Source: Ignavibacteriota bacterium (GTDB lineage: Bacteria; Bacteroidota; Ignavibacteria; UBA10030; UBA6906). From it: a DNA stretch of 64,000 nt. The notes under the pieces are model-generated. The model was not told the DNA's origin. It saw only the letters and a list, made by a program, of their open reading frames with translations, and made no database searches. This document shows positions 1-10,900 of the stretch, piece by piece. A program made the translations under genes and the position numbers. The stretch's first letter is position 1, and each line of letters opens with the position of its first letter. The stretch covers positions 1,760,001 through 1,824,000 of the forward strand of contig CAWDEM010000008.1 in assembly GCA_963801355.1 (NCBI GenBank), given 5' to 3'.

Positions 1-2161
1 TGTTCTCATCTCCGATCGGGTAGTGGGCCAGAACATATGGAGGAGCGCTGATCCAGTCTGCAAGCCCTGCAACCCTCTCGAGTACTTCGGTCGTGTCACC
101 GGCAATCAACACGACGCGAAATTCATGCACACCCTGGTCCATGTGCTTGAGGTGGCGCTGAACATTGACATCAAACGAATGTTCGTGGCAGTAGAGCGGA
201 CTCCGCAACACGGAGAGCCTGACTTCTCCTTCAGAGAGATCGAAGCCATACTGGCCGCTGTTCACAATGCCGAGCGCGGTTGGTTTGCCCACAATGGTGC
301 CCTGCAGCACCATCCAGCGACCTTGAATGTGTTCCTGCCCATCATGCGGCCGCACAATGGCCCCGCCCGGGACTTCGCAGAATGCATCGGATGAACGGAA
401 CAGTGTCGGGATCGCGAGCTTGAGTCTCTTCCGTTCTTCGTTCCAGTAGACCCGCAACCTGAACTCCAGGAAGGGAAACGACGCGTATGCGATAGTACGG
501 CAGACGATCCTGCTACGACCAGCTTCGAACACCGCCTCCGTGACTTTCTTCACGGGCCCGTGCTCAAGGGTCACGAATGATCCGGGAACAAACGAGAACG
601 TCCCCAACACCGTGTGATAGCTCCACTCCTCCATTCCCCAGGAATCCGCAAGGTCTTCCACAAGCAATGCCTTCAGGGCTTCGCCTGCCAGGACCTCCCG
701 CCCGCCACCCGCATCCAGATGTGTCACCAGTCCGGAATCGGAAGTCGCAAACTTCGCCATTGGCTCCGCAGCAGCGGACCGTATTGGGCCTTCATGCATT
801 TCGATCCGGTAGTAGGACGCACCGATCCGGGGTAGCCTTGCATTGAAGCAGATCTTTCTGCGCCACTGATCCGGCAACAGCAGCGATTCCGCCGGTTCTT
901 CCTGTACAGAAATCTCGGAACCGTCCAACGCAATGAGCCGGGCGTGCCAGACCCCGTCGAATTTCGGCACATGGTCTATCATATATTCGAGTTCCACGGG
1001 CACATCGGGCGCGCCCGGGTTCATGTTCAATACTGTGACCGGGATCTGGACTATTCGATGGCGACCTTTGAAGAAACCCGATATGGCCCCGAGACGAAGC
1101 CGTCTGGAAGTCTCGGAAGAACGTCCGTAGAGATCGAGCGCATCCTGTTCACCCGACTCAACCGAGGAACCGGCAAGGATGTCGTGGAAGTCGTTGAACA
1201 GATGGTCGCGCCATGCTTCGCGAATTTCCCCGGCAGGGTACTCTTGCCCCTCAACCCACCATGTCGCCGCACGCAATCCCTCCGTCTGCACCAATTCTCC
1301 GAGGTTCTGCTGCATCCTCCTCTTCAGCCGAGACATCGATGTGTAGCATCCGGTGAACACACGCTGCAAGTCCCCTTCGACAACGGGGAGCTCCGGAACC
1401 AACTCCCGGATCGCCTCATAGTACCGCTCGGTGGAGCTGTGGATGATCTCCACGCGTGTCTCCTGCTTCATAAGTCCCTGGATTTGCTCGAGTTCCCGGG
1501 CCGTGGCCCCTCCTCCGTGATCACCGAGTCCCCAAAAAACGGGCGTGTCGCGGTTGAATTTGAGGGCGATGTCTATACCAGCCTGGATCCGCTCAACGGA
1601 ACGGTCGTGGAACGTGTTGTATGCAAAAGGAATACGGTACACCGCGATCTCGGATCCGTCGACCCCCCGCCACCGGTAGAGGTCCGAGGGTAGTGAAAGG
1701 TACTTCTGCTCGGGACGCATATGGACGTACATCTTGTAGCCGGCCTTCAACAGAATCTGCGGCAGACCTCCGCTGTGGCCAAAGGAATCGAAGTTGTATG
1801 CCACCACGGGTCGCAGACCGAAATTCTCGGAGAAGAATTGCCGACCTTCGGCAATATGACGGATGATCGCTTCGGCTCCCGGCATATTCACATCCGGCTG
1901 CAGATCCCACCCTCCGGATATGCACCAGCGGCCTTCGGCCACAAGCTTCTGTATTTCCTTGAACAAACCCGGGTCATACTCCTCCACCCACCTGTAGAGA
2001 ATTGCTTCATTGTGATTGAACACGAACGACGGGAACTCTCGCAAGAGCCGAACGGCGATGCCGAATGTCGTGATGGCTTCAGCAGCACCTTCGTCCCACC
2101 GCCACTGCCAGACCGGGTCGAGATGAGCGTTGCAGATAAGATGGAGCACAGGTTTCTTCAT
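1..2161 (-). CDS. GH38 alpha-mannosidase family protein (3' end runs off the window)
   Basis: Not in the ORF track. Manual translation from the ATG at 2161 gives MKKPVLHLICNAHLDPVWQWRWDEGAAEAITTF, the GH38 N-terminal HxD zinc motif. The + strand ORFs here are antisense shadows. Confidence 0.85.
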   Translation of the reverse strand, partial: MKKPVLHLICNAHLDPVWQWRWDEGAAEAITTFGIAVRLLREFPSFVFNHNEAILYRWVEEYDPGLFKEIQKLVAEGRWCISGGWDLQPDVNMPGAEAIIRHIAEGRQFFSENFGLRPVVAYNFDSFGHSGGLPQILLKAGYKMYVHMRPEQKYLSLPSDLYRWRGVDGSEIAVYRIPFAYNTFHDRSVERIQAGIDIALKFNRDTPVFWGLGDHGGGATARELEQIQGLMKQETRVEIIHSSTERYYEAIRELVPELPVVEGDLQRVFTGCYTSMSRLKRRMQQNLGELVQTEGLRAATWWVEGQEYPAGEIREAWRDHLFNDFHDILAGSSVESGEQDALDLYGRSSETSRRLRLGAISGFFKGRHRIVQIPVTVLNMNPGAPDVPVELEYMIDHVPKFDGVWHARLIALDGSEISVQEEPAESLLLPDQWRRKICFNARLPRIGASYYRIEMHEGPIRSAAAEPMAKFATSDSGLVTHLDAGGGREVLAGEALKALLVEDLADSWGMEEWSYHTVLGTFSFVPGSFVTLEHGPVKKVTEAVFEAGRSRIVCRTIAYASFPFLEFRLRVYWNEERKRLKLAIPTLFRSSDAFCEVPGGAIVRPHDGQEHIQGRWMVLQGTIVGKPTALGIVNSGQYGFDLSEGEVRLSVLRSPLYCHEHSFDVNVQRHLKHMDQGVHEFRVVLIAGDTTEVLERVAGLADWISAPPYVLAHYPIGDEN

Positions 2162-2374
2162 AGATGATCAGTTCAATGGGGAAGGTTGAGTTCCGGACAC
2201 TTGGAAAGACCGTTTATCCGGATTCTACGGACAGAGAGACTCTGCGATGACAAAGAAAACTACAGAATAGCATATGGAGAATCAAGGCCACATTGGCCTC
2301 TGTCAACGTTTGCCTCAACTACTACAACTCCGATTATCAATGAGGCGACAACGGTCTTCAGGAACACTCCCGTA

Positions 2375-2403
2375 TTGACTTTACGCTTCCCGACTGGTAT
2401 CCT
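2375..2403 (+). promoter_or_regulatory. Putative sigma70 promoter for the DUF1846 gene
   Basis: TTGACT-N17-TATCCT ending 33 nt before the ATG at 2437. Confidence 0.55.
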
Positions 2404-2436
2404 CTATATATCGTACACATTATCCCGCCGGATACC

Positions 2437-3954
2437 ATGTCCCCACGCGTTGCATTTGACAATGAACGATACCTCGCCGAACAGAGCGCGGCTATTCTCG
2501 ATCGTGTCGCGAGGTTCGAGAATAAACTCTACCTCGAATTTGGAGGCAAGCTCCTGTTCGATTACCATGCTGCACGGGTTCTGCCGGGTTTCGACCCCAA
2601 TGTGAAGATCCGCCTGCTGCAACATCTGCGGGACAAGTCCGAAGTGCTTCTTTGCATCTTTGCCGGGGACATTGAACGGAGAAAGGTGCGTGCGGATTTC
2701 GGAATAACCTACGATGCTGACACACTCAAGCTCATCGATGATCTCCGCGAGAGGGGGATCAGCGTCACGGGAGTCATCATCACACGTTTTGACGGCCAGC
2801 CCTCAGCGCTGCTCTTCAAGAATAAGCTCGAACGGCGGGGCATCCGGGTCACCATTCATCGATTCACGAAGGGCTATCCGATGGATGTCGACACTGTGGT
2901 CAGCGATGCCGGGTATGGAGCCAACGAGTACATCCCGACAACCCGGCCTATCGTTGTCGTCGCGGGCCCGGGACCGCTGAGCGGAAAGCTTGCCACATGC
3001 CTTTCGCAACTCTACCACGAGTGGCGTCACGGTGTCCATGCGGGGTATGCAAAGTTTGAAACATTCCCCATCTGGAGCCTTCCCCTCAAACACCCGGTCA
3101 ACATCGCGTACGAAGCCGCGACGGCGGACATCAAGGATTTTAATCTGATTGATCCGTTCCACTTCGAGGCGTACAATCAGCCTGCAATCAACTACAACCG
3201 CGACGTCGAGGCATTTCCACTCCTCAGGCGGATCATCGAAAAGATCACCCGGAAACCTTCCTTTTACCTTTCACCCACCGACATGGGGGTGAACCGGGCG
3301 GGGTACGGCATTGTGAACGACGAGCTCGTGCGTGCTGCCGCAACACAGGAAGTGATACGCCGCTACTTGCGGTACGCGTGCGAGTATGCGATGGGCCTGG
3401 CCGATCAGGAAACCGTACAACGGGCAAAACTCCTGATGGAGGAACTCGGGGTCACAGCAGAAGACAGGAGCACCGTGCTTCCTGCCAGGCAAGCTGCCCG
3501 GGATGCGGAAAGCTGCGGAAAGGGCAACAACGGGGTGTATTGCGGAGCGGCCTTGCAGCTCTCTGACGGCACAATGATCACCGGAAAGAACTCTCCGGAA
3601 ATGCATTCATCTTCGGCACTCATTCTCAACGCAGTGAAGCAACTTGCGGGCCTTCCTCCGTCGCTCCATTTGCTGCCTCCTGCAACCATCACCTCCCTCA
3701 CACACCTCAAGCGGGAGATCCTGCAGCGCACGATGCTCAGTCTCGACCTCGAAGAGACACTCACGGCATTAAGTATCAGCGCGACGAGCGATCCGGCCGC
3801 CAATCTCGCGATCGAGAAACTCAAACAGCTCCGGGGATGCGAGGTGCATCTGACCCACATCCCGCCTTCCGGCGATGAGGCCGGACTTCGCAAGCTCGGC
3901 GTGAATCTCACCAGCGACCCTCAGTTTGTAGGCAATCTGCTGTTTCAGAGCTAA
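2437..3954 (+). CDS. DUF1846 / UPF0371 family protein
   Basis: 505 aa; FDNERYL..KLYLEFGGKL..HAARVLPGF, P-loop-like GPGPLSGK, GYAKFETFP, SPTDMGVN. Confidence 0.9.
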   Translation: MSPRVAFDNERYLAEQSAAILDRVARFENKLYLEFGGKLLFDYHAARVLPGFDPNVKIRLLQHLRDKSEVLLCIFAGDIERRKVRADFGITYDADTLKLIDDLRERGISVTGVIITRFDGQPSALLFKNKLERRGIRVTIHRFTKGYPMDVDTVVSDAGYGANEYIPTTRPIVVVAGPGPLSGKLATCLSQLYHEWRHGVHAGYAKFETFPIWSLPLKHPVNIAYEAATADIKDFNLIDPFHFEAYNQPAINYNRDVEAFPLLRRIIEKITRKPSFYLSPTDMGVNRAGYGIVNDELVRAAATQEVIRRYLRYACEYAMGLADQETVQRAKLLMEELGVTAEDRSTVLPARQAARDAESCGKGNNGVYCGAALQLSDGTMITGKNSPEMHSSSALILNAVKQLAGLPPSLHLLPPATITSLTHLKREILQRTMLSLDLEETLTALSISATSDPAANLAIEKLKQLRGCEVHLTHIPPSGDEAGLRKLGVNLTSDPQFVGNLLFQS

Positions 3955-4040
3955 CGCCCGGAAGTCCCCGCATCTTACCCGTTGCGTGTGGCCGCTTCGT
4001 TTTGCACATTACCTACGCTTCGTGCCCCTGACCGTGTCTA

Positions 4041-4069
4041 TTGCATTCACCGGGACACTTGGGTAAAAT
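4041..4069 (+). promoter_or_regulatory. Putative sigma70 promoter
   Basis: TTGCAT-N17-TAAAAT upstream of the ATG at 4134. Confidence 0.5.
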
Positions 4070-4133
4070 CTTCTCTGATCGTCATTTATGTCGATCTGCA
4101 GCTCTTCGTAGTGCACTTATCCGGAGCAGGTCT

Positions 4134-4796
4134 ATGGAAGAACTCATGAAGTTCCTCGAATCGCTGAAGCAGTTCTGGTTGCAACTGGCTGTCTATGCTC
4201 CCCCGTTGCTCGCGGCGGTGGTCTTTCTCCTGGCGGGATTGCTGATCGCTAAACTCTTCCGCCGGGGAGCAATCCGCTTCTTCAGACTACTCCGCCTCGA
4301 TACTCTGGCGGAGAAATTGGGGATCGAGGATTTTCTGATCCGCGGAGGGATACAGTATACGACAGTGACTATCCTGGCCAATCTGATTTACTGGTTCATC
4401 CTCCTCACGGTGACGATGGCCGTGTTGCACAGTCTAGGGCTGCAGGGAGCGGCAGATTTGTTCAACAAGTTCCTTCTGTATATTCCGAACGTTGTGGTGG
4501 CTTTGATGCTGCTGATCCTCGGCTCACTCCTCGCCCGCTTCGTCCGTGGAGTCTCCAGCGCCTATTTGAACAATATTGGACTGGTGGGGGCGGAATTCCT
4601 CAGCATCATCGCGCAGTGGGCCATCCTCCTTTTTGCCGTCTCCGTTGCACTTGAACAACTTGACATCGGCGGCCAGACACTCGTATCCGGGTTCCAGATT
4701 TCCTTCGGCGCGCTCTGCCTCGCCCTGGCGCTTGCCTTTGGACTCGGTGGGAAGGAATGGGCGGCGAGCATCCTGGACAAGATGTTGAAGAAATGA
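4134..4796 (+). CDS. MscS-related TM-helix repeat (CmpX-like) membrane protein
   Basis: Multiple TM helices, YIPNVVVA repeat unit, C-terminal LALALAFGLGGKE. Start moved to the ATG at 4134 after GGAG. Confidence 0.75.
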   Translation: MEELMKFLESLKQFWLQLAVYAPPLLAAVVFLLAGLLIAKLFRRGAIRFFRLLRLDTLAEKLGIEDFLIRGGIQYTTVTILANLIYWFILLTVTMAVLHSLGLQGAADLFNKFLLYIPNVVVALMLLILGSLLARFVRGVSSAYLNNIGLVGAEFLSIIAQWAILLFAVSVALEQLDIGGQTLVSGFQISFGALCLALALAFGLGGKEWAASILDKMLKK

Positions 4797-4841
4797 GATC
4801 CTGCCAATAGAACCCTGAACCTGACGCGGACGGATCACCCG

Positions 4842-5699
4842 ATGAATATCATCGATTGCCACACGCACGTCAACAACTACCATCGTGAAGACGTCGAATC
4901 ACTGCAACAATGCTTGAACGACCTGCAGCGCGAAATGCGCCGGAACCGTATCGATATCGCCCTGGTCCTCACGTCATATAAGGTGGCACCCGGTCGCCCC
5001 TCGACGCGAGAGGTCGTCCGCGCCACACGGGACCTCACGAATGTCTTCATTGTCGCGGGAATCAGCTATCAGCATTTCTCCCCGGGACAACTCACGGAAC
5101 TGCGGGAGTACCTTCTCGACGGATCCGTACGGGGGCTGAAGCTGTACCCCGGCTATGAACCGTTCTATCCGGGAGACGAGAAATTGCAGGGCGTGTATGA
5201 ACTCGCGGCGGAATTTGGAGTCCCCGTCATGATCCATTCCGGCGACACCTTCACGCCGCAGGGGAAAGTCAAGTTTGCCCATCCTCTGCATGTCGATGAG
5301 GTGGCTGTCGATTATCCCGATGTCAACTTCATCATCTGCCACCTCGGGAGTCCATGGTTCCGCGACTGCATGGAAGTAGTCTACAAAAATAAGAATGTCT
5401 TCACCGATATTTCCGGTCTCGTCCTCGGTGATTTTTCGGACCGCTTCGAGGAGTTCATGCACAAACAAATTCAGGAAATGTTGGCGTACGGCGTTGAACC
5501 GGACAAAGTGCTGTATGGGACAGACTGGCCCATTTCATCCATGGAATCGTATCTGGAATTCATGGAAGAGCTCAGGATGCCAGAGAAAGACCGGCGCAAG
5601 ATCATGTATGAGAACGCCGCAAGACTCTTCAGGCTTCCGGGTGTCAACTCCACCTCCAATCTGAAGACTCTGCTCAAAGGGTTTACAGATCCGGTCTGA
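4842..5699 (+). CDS. Amidohydrolase_2 family metal-dependent hydrolase
   Basis: IIDCHTH, GLKLYP, MIHSG, ICHLG, LYGTDWP motifs. Confidence 0.9.
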   Translation: MNIIDCHTHVNNYHREDVESLQQCLNDLQREMRRNRIDIALVLTSYKVAPGRPSTREVVRATRDLTNVFIVAGISYQHFSPGQLTELREYLLDGSVRGLKLYPGYEPFYPGDEKLQGVYELAAEFGVPVMIHSGDTFTPQGKVKFAHPLHVDEVAVDYPDVNFIICHLGSPWFRDCMEVVYKNKNVFTDISGLVLGDFSDRFEEFMHKQIQEMLAYGVEPDKVLYGTDWPISSMESYLEFMEELRMPEKDRRKIMYENAARLFRLPGVNSTSNLKTLLKGFTDPV

Positions 5700-5771
5700 A
5701 GACACTTCTGAAAGGATGTGCGAATCTAGGCATCCGCCGTCCGGCACTCATGCCGTTATGAAGAATCTCCG

Positions 5772-6989
5772 CTATTTGTGTTCATCCGCCGAATTGCTGC
5801 GTATGAATCCGAGGAGCGGCAGTGAGAAGAGCGACACTGCCGCCATGAAGAGAAACGCCACAGCGTAGCCCCACGTACCCTGCATTTTTCCCACTGCAAG
5901 TGCAGCCCATGCCTCACAACCATTCGTGGCTCCCATGAATGCACTGAACTGCGTGGCCCCGAGCCGCGGATCGATTGTGTCCATGAAGAGCGCATATGTA
6001 GCCGCGGTAAACATGCCGATAAACACGTAGAGCAGTGCCATGAGGACAAAAAGCATCGGGTGGTCGTCGGCCTCACTGGTCGCTGTCAGGACCGCGAGTC
6101 CGATGACGGCTCCCGCAATCAGCATCAACGTCAGCGCGACAGCACTGCGCCGATGCATCCTGTCGGCGAGGAATCCGCCAACGAGTGCGCCTCCCATCAT
6201 GCCCAGCACTGCGGGAATTGAGAAGAACAGTCCGACGTCCGATTGGCTGAATCCCTGATCCAGAAGGAATGGGCCGGCGACAGCCCCTACCGATTCGAAC
6301 GCCGCGCCACTGGTTCCGGCGAAGAGCAACACGAGCCATGTTGTCCGGCTGGCGAGTACAATCCTTATTCGGCCCACAAAATCCTGCACCCGTTGCCGGA
6401 ACAAGGCGGATGAAGGTTGGAGAGCCAGGGGATCCGGAGTGAGTAGGAGAAACGCCGAGGACATCCACGTTGCTGCAATCAAGAGAGGAACAGTGATATG
6501 CATCCCGGCACGGGATTCAATGAGCAGGACTCCCCCTCCCAGCAATGACCGGCCGAGGAGCATTCCGAACTGCATCCAACCGTTCAGCGATCCGCGCTCC
6601 CGGGATGGGATAACAGATATGGCGTAGGCATCGATGGCAGCGTCCTGCGTGGCCGCAAGCAGGGCGTGGAGAAACAGCAATCCCACGAGGAGATCTCGCT
6701 GCGCCTGGAAGTCCAGAAACAACAACGGCAGCAAGGTGATTCCCATGAAAAACTGGAGCGTTAGAATCCAGGCGCGGTATCCCCACTTCCGTGTGCGGCC
6801 GATGTCAATGACCGGAGCCCAGAGAAATTTGAACACCCAGGGAAGGACAAGGAGGGCGGAAAGGGATGCTGTGGTTTCGACGGAGACACCGGCCGCGCGC
6901 AGCTTTGTGGGCAAAGCCCACCAGATGAACCCGATCGGCGCGCCTTCACTGAAGTAGCATGCTGCAAAGAGAAGCTTCCGACTTCTCAT
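5772..6989 (-). CDS. MFS transporter, AmpG-like
   Basis: About 12 TM; LPWVFKFLWAP, AATQDAAIDA, ATQFS motifs. Confidence 0.85.
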   Translation of the reverse strand: MRSRKLLFAACYFSEGAPIGFIWWALPTKLRAAGVSVETTASLSALLVLPWVFKFLWAPVIDIGRTRKWGYRAWILTLQFFMGITLLPLLFLDFQAQRDLLVGLLFLHALLAATQDAAIDAYAISVIPSRERGSLNGWMQFGMLLGRSLLGGGVLLIESRAGMHITVPLLIAATWMSSAFLLLTPDPLALQPSSALFRQRVQDFVGRIRIVLASRTTWLVLLFAGTSGAAFESVGAVAGPFLLDQGFSQSDVGLFFSIPAVLGMMGGALVGGFLADRMHRRSAVALTLMLIAGAVIGLAVLTATSEADDHPMLFVLMALLYVFIGMFTAATYALFMDTIDPRLGATQFSAFMGATNGCEAWAALAVGKMQGTWGYAVAFLFMAAVSLFSLPLLGFIRSNSADEHK

Positions 6990-8530
6990 CAGCGAGGCTT
7001 CTTCAGACGGACCTCATAGAGGTCGGTCCGCCGGTCACGCCAGTTCAGGACCGTCCCGCTCTGCCGGTGGCGCTTGAGCAGTTCCAGGTCGATATCATCG
7101 ACGATCACTGTCTCGATGTTCGGGGTGGACTCGGCGATAATCGCGTCGCGTGAGAAAGGCAAGTCCGCCGGCGAAAAAATTCCCGATTGCGCATACTGGA
7201 CATCCATGTTTTCCACGGAAGGCAGATTCCCCACCGTTCCCGCAATGACAACATAGACGTGGTTTTCGATGCATCGTGCCTGCGCGCAATAGCGCACCCG
7301 CAGATATGCGTAACGTTCGTCGGTGGCGAAGGGGACGAAAATGATCTGTGCTCCCTTCTCCACCGCAAGGCGGCTCACTTCGGGGAATGCAATGTCGTGA
7401 CCGATCTGAATTGACACCTTGCCCTGGTCTGTGTCGAAGACTTCAAGTGCTTTCCCCGGTTCCACACCCCACCAGCGCTGTTCATCCGGAGTGATGTGCA
7501 GCTTGTACTGCTTGTTGATTGTGCCGTTGCGATGAAACAGATAGGCAATATTGTAGAGGTGACCTCCCTCCACGTTGAACAAAGAGCCGGCAACGATATT
7601 GATGTCGAACTTAACGGCAAGTTTGCTGAAGAGGTCGAGATACTGCGGCGTGAAGTCCGAAAGTTGCCTGACGGCAAGCCCGGGGCGAACCGGCTCCGCA
7701 AACGAAAGAAGCTGCATCGTGAACAACTCGGGAAACAGAATGAAGTCGCTCTTGTAGTCCCCTGCGACATCCACGAAATACTCAGCCTGCCGGGCAAACT
7801 CCTCGAAACTCTTGATCATGCGCAGTTGATATTGCACGGCACAAATTCTGACCGCTTTTTCCGCGACGAATATTCTGTGGACGTCGGGCTGGTAGTCGAT
7901 ATTCGTCCACTCCAGCAATGTGGCGTATCCCAGCGACTCCTTGTCGGGCTCTAGATAGGCTTTGAGAAGGCGCACCAGGACGAACCCGTTGGCAAGCTGC
8001 GCGGTCAGAACGGGATCGACCAGCTGCTTGTTCATTACCTTGTCAACATACTGGCGGGCGGTCATCTGGTCTTTGTATTTATGATAACCGGGTATGCGGC
8101 CACCAAGCACTATGCGCATCAGATTCTTCTCCCGGGCAAGCTTTTTCCGCGCATCATACAAACGGCGGGCAAGCCGCATACCGCGGAATTCCGGGTCAAC
8201 CATGATCTCGATGCCGTACAGCGTGTTTCCTTCGGGGTTGTGATTGCGAATGTACCCGGCATCCGCAATCTCCCGCCAGTTGTGCCAATCCGCGTACATG
8301 GCAAAATCGAGCATCAGACTGCTCGAAGATGCCACAATACTTCCGGCATGCTCAACACAGAGCTGCCCCTCGGGAAAAATCGTCAACTGACTCTCCATCT
8401 GCTCGCGCGACCAGGGCTTCATACCGGGAAAACATTTCAGCTGTAAAGCCACGATGCGGTCGAAATCTTCCAGACAAATCGGACGGACTACGATACTCCG
8501 CTCAAATGTGCTCAGATCGATGTTGGGCAT
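6989..8530 (-). CDS. GNAT acetyltransferase - carbon-nitrogen hydrolase fusion (YhcX-like) with the nucleophile Cys replaced
   Basis: [19 protein letters not shown]; nitrilase FPEL and [10 protein letters not shown]; [11 protein letters not shown] in place of IQICYDxEFPE. Confidence 0.9.
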   Translation of the reverse strand: MPNIDLSTFERSIVVRPICLEDFDRIVALQLKCFPGMKPWSREQMESQLTIFPEGQLCVEHAGSIVASSSSLMLDFAMYADWHNWREIADAGYIRNHNPEGNTLYGIEIMVDPEFRGMRLARRLYDARKKLAREKNLMRIVLGGRIPGYHKYKDQMTARQYVDKVMNKQLVDPVLTAQLANGFVLVRLLKAYLEPDKESLGYATLLEWTNIDYQPDVHRIFVAEKAVRICAVQYQLRMIKSFEEFARQAEYFVDVAGDYKSDFILFPELFTMQLLSFAEPVRPGLAVRQLSDFTPQYLDLFSKLAVKFDINIVAGSLFNVEGGHLYNIAYLFHRNGTINKQYKLHITPDEQRWWGVEPGKALEVFDTDQGKVSIQIGHDIAFPEVSRLAVEKGAQIIFVPFATDERYAYLRVRYCAQARCIENHVYVVIAGTVGNLPSVENMDVQYAQSGIFSPADLPFSRDAIIAESTPNIETVIVDDIDLELLKRHRQSGTVLNWRDRRTDLYEVRLKKPR

Positions 8531-8591
8531 GGCGGCACCTCTTTATTGACTCCTCTGCACGGACCGGACCCGACCGATATGCATAACCGTT

Positions 8592-9419
8592 CTATTGCTT
8601 CACCAACTCAACCCTGCGATTCTTTGCCCGGCCTTCCTCCGTCTCATTGGTGGCAATCGGAGCATACGGGCCCACCCCGTACGCTTTGAGACGGGAAGCG
8701 GCGACGCCATGGTGGCGTTCAAGCGCCTGCACGATCGCTTCTGCCCGACCCTGCGAAAGCTTTGTGTTGGCTTCCAGACCCCCAACGTTGTCCGTGTGAC
8801 AGACCACATAGAGGTGCAAGCCGGCATCACCCTTCAGGAGCCTGGCGATTTCAGCGAGAGCCGGATCCGATTCGGGTTTCATTTCGGACTTGCCGGAATC
8901 GAAGGAGATGCCATACACTGCAGCGTGGCCGGTGGTCTTGAGATTGTTCCGGAGTGGGTCGGTGTCGTCAACGACGTCTTGTGGCACGGCTTTCTTCTCC
9001 ACGATGATGAGGCCATACTTCCCCGTAACCTCCGCCCAGACCTCGATCCATACGTCCTTACCGTTCCCGGGCAACCTGAACGTCTCGCTGTTGTTTTTCT
9101 GGTAGAGTACCGTACCCCCAAGTTGGGCGACGCGCGTCTCAATATTCCGGAGGATCTGCATCTCGCTCGGCTTGGATTTGAGGGTGGCCATCGGATAGTA
9201 CTTGATTTCCCAGTACTGCCCTTCCACCTGCAGCGTCTTCCCCTCATCGATGGTGAAGACATGCGCGTTGAATTCCTTCTCCACACAGCTGTGAATCCAG
9301 TAATCGGGCATACGGGGGAAAAGCGGGTGGTCTTTGCAGCCCTGGCTGTCTTTCTGCTGTGCAGTGATTTGTGTTGACAGGCACAGGATGCCCAGCAGGA
9401 CATACACGCATCTTTTCAT
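8592..9419 (-). CDS. OmpA-family peptidoglycan-binding protein with N-terminal DUF4892-like domain
   Basis: Signal peptide, KDHPLFPRMP, C-terminal ISFDSGKS..CHTD..LSQGRAEA..NRRVELV; ATG at 9419. Confidence 0.85.
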   Translation of the reverse strand: MKRCVYVLLGILCLSTQITAQQKDSQGCKDHPLFPRMPDYWIHSCVEKEFNAHVFTIDEGKTLQVEGQYWEIKYYPMATLKSKPSEMQILRNIETRVAQLGGTVLYQKNNSETFRLPGNGKDVWIEVWAEVTGKYGLIIVEKKAVPQDVVDDTDPLRNNLKTTGHAAVYGISFDSGKSEMKPESDPALAEIARLLKGDAGLHLYVVCHTDNVGGLEANTKLSQGRAEAIVQALERHHGVAASRLKAYGVGPYAPIATNETEEGRAKNRRVELVKQ

Positions 9420-9494
9420 CGACGGTCTCCCTGGCAATCAAAAGTTGAGTAAAGGGTGCAGAAAATGCAGAAGGAATGGAATCGTGCTTCTAGA

Positions 9495-9523
9495 TGTTAC
9501 AACAGTGAAGCGGGATTGTCAAG
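9495..9523 (-). promoter_or_regulatory. Putative sigma70 promoter for the OmpA-family gene
   Basis: Minus strand TTGACA-N17-TAACAT (approx. 9522-9494). Confidence 0.5.
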
Positions 9524-9568
9524 AAGAGTTGTCGCCTTCCATGCCTCTGTGATCGCCGGAGCATAAAT

Positions 9569-10738
9569 TCAGTGCATGTCGGCTATGTCGTACTCGCCCA
9601 GTTGCAGAGGATATCGGCCGTGCTCGCGGAGGAGCCGGACGACATAGTCATAATTCTCCCCGGACACGTTGCTCGGCACCGAGTGGTCCGATTGAGGTAT
9701 GTACCCCCCGCCTTTTGCTGAGTTCAGTTTGCTGAGCACCATCTTCTTGATTTCGTCCTGTGTGCCATGGGCCCAGGTGATGACATCCAGATTGCCGCAG
9801 AACCCGATAGTGTGCCCGTACTGACGTCGCAATGCGATGACATCCATCCCTGCTTTGGCCTCAAGCGGGTTGTAAGCGTCCACCCCGATTTCGATGAAGT
9901 CTCCGAAAATTCTCCTCACGTTCCCGCATCCGTGATAGATGACGGGGAGTCCGTGGGAATGGCATTCCTCGACGATCGCTTTGACGACGGGTTTGAAGCA
10001 TCGCCGCCAGTACTGCGGGGAGAAGAATATATCCCTTGTGTACGCGACATCGCCCCAAATGACCATGCCGTCCAGCCTGCCCCCTGCCGCCTTTATCTGC
10101 GCTTGTGTGATACCCACGGCAAACTCGCCGATCCGTTCGATGAACTTCGCAACCTCGTCGGGATAGAGTCCTATCCAGAGCATCACATTTTCGGACCCGA
10201 TGATGCGCCACAGTGTCTCCTGCGCTTCACACACGCTGCCATACACGGCAAAATCCGGGTAGAGCGACTTCACGGTATCCAGCCATGGTGCCGAGTTTCT
10301 CGCAAAACCGTCCCCGACCCCGGCAACCTGGTTGTCGCCGGCACTGAAATATCGACGGGCGTCCCACGGATCATCGAACAGGAAGGACTCCATTTTCTCG
10401 AGCGTGTCGGTCTCGAATCTCAGAAAGGCAGGCATTGGATCGGCAAACTGCTTTCTGATCACCGCTTCAAATCCTGTGCGAAGAACCACATGGTCGGGTG
10501 ATTCCTCGAGCATCTGGAACTGCTTCACGTGCGGATCCATGTTAGGGACAGTCACCATCCAATCCAGGTCATAATACGCATAGATATCCGCATCTTTTCC
10601 CAGACCCAGTTCGCGACGCCAGCGATCGACAAAACTTCCCCAGAAGAAATCACTGACAGGCACCCGATCCGCCTCCTGGTGACGCAGAGTCCGGTTCATC
10701 CTCCTGACCTTTGCGTGACAATTCGGCGTCCGTTCCAT
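9569..10738 (-). CDS. Uroporphyrinogen decarboxylase-like / MtaA-CmuA family protein
   Basis: DRVP, WGDVAY, IYHGCGN, NPLE, GGGYIPQSDHSVP; ATG at 10738. Confidence 0.85.
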   Translation of the reverse strand: MERTPNCHAKVRRMNRTLRHQEADRVPVSDFFWGSFVDRWRRELGLGKDADIYAYYDLDWMVTVPNMDPHVKQFQMLEESPDHVVLRTGFEAVIRKQFADPMPAFLRFETDTLEKMESFLFDDPWDARRYFSAGDNQVAGVGDGFARNSAPWLDTVKSLYPDFAVYGSVCEAQETLWRIIGSENVMLWIGLYPDEVAKFIERIGEFAVGITQAQIKAAGGRLDGMVIWGDVAYTRDIFFSPQYWRRCFKPVVKAIVEECHSHGLPVIYHGCGNVRRIFGDFIEIGVDAYNPLEAKAGMDVIALRRQYGHTIGFCGNLDVITWAHGTQDEIKKMVLSKLNSAKGGGYIPQSDHSVPSNVSGENYDYVVRLLREHGRYPLQLGEYDIADMH

Positions 10739-10900
10739 GGTGTTTTTCCGTGGGTTTAATGTGAGTCGTCTGCTGGAATTTCTGGAATCGCCTTGAGGAG
10801 ACTCCAAACCACAAGATCTGAAGAGCAATATAGGAGGGAGTCTGGTGAGTTACAACTCGTAAGCGACAGCGGATCCCTTCATGAGCGAAAGTGAATCCCT

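Noticed and set aside
23-2167. Plus-strand ORFs 23..394, 944..1693, 1721..2167, and other long antisense ORFs such as 12095..13084, 37518..38519 and 51779..53059
   Set aside because: Shadow ORFs opposite well-supported genes, with no recognisable motifs; expected in GC-rich DNA.
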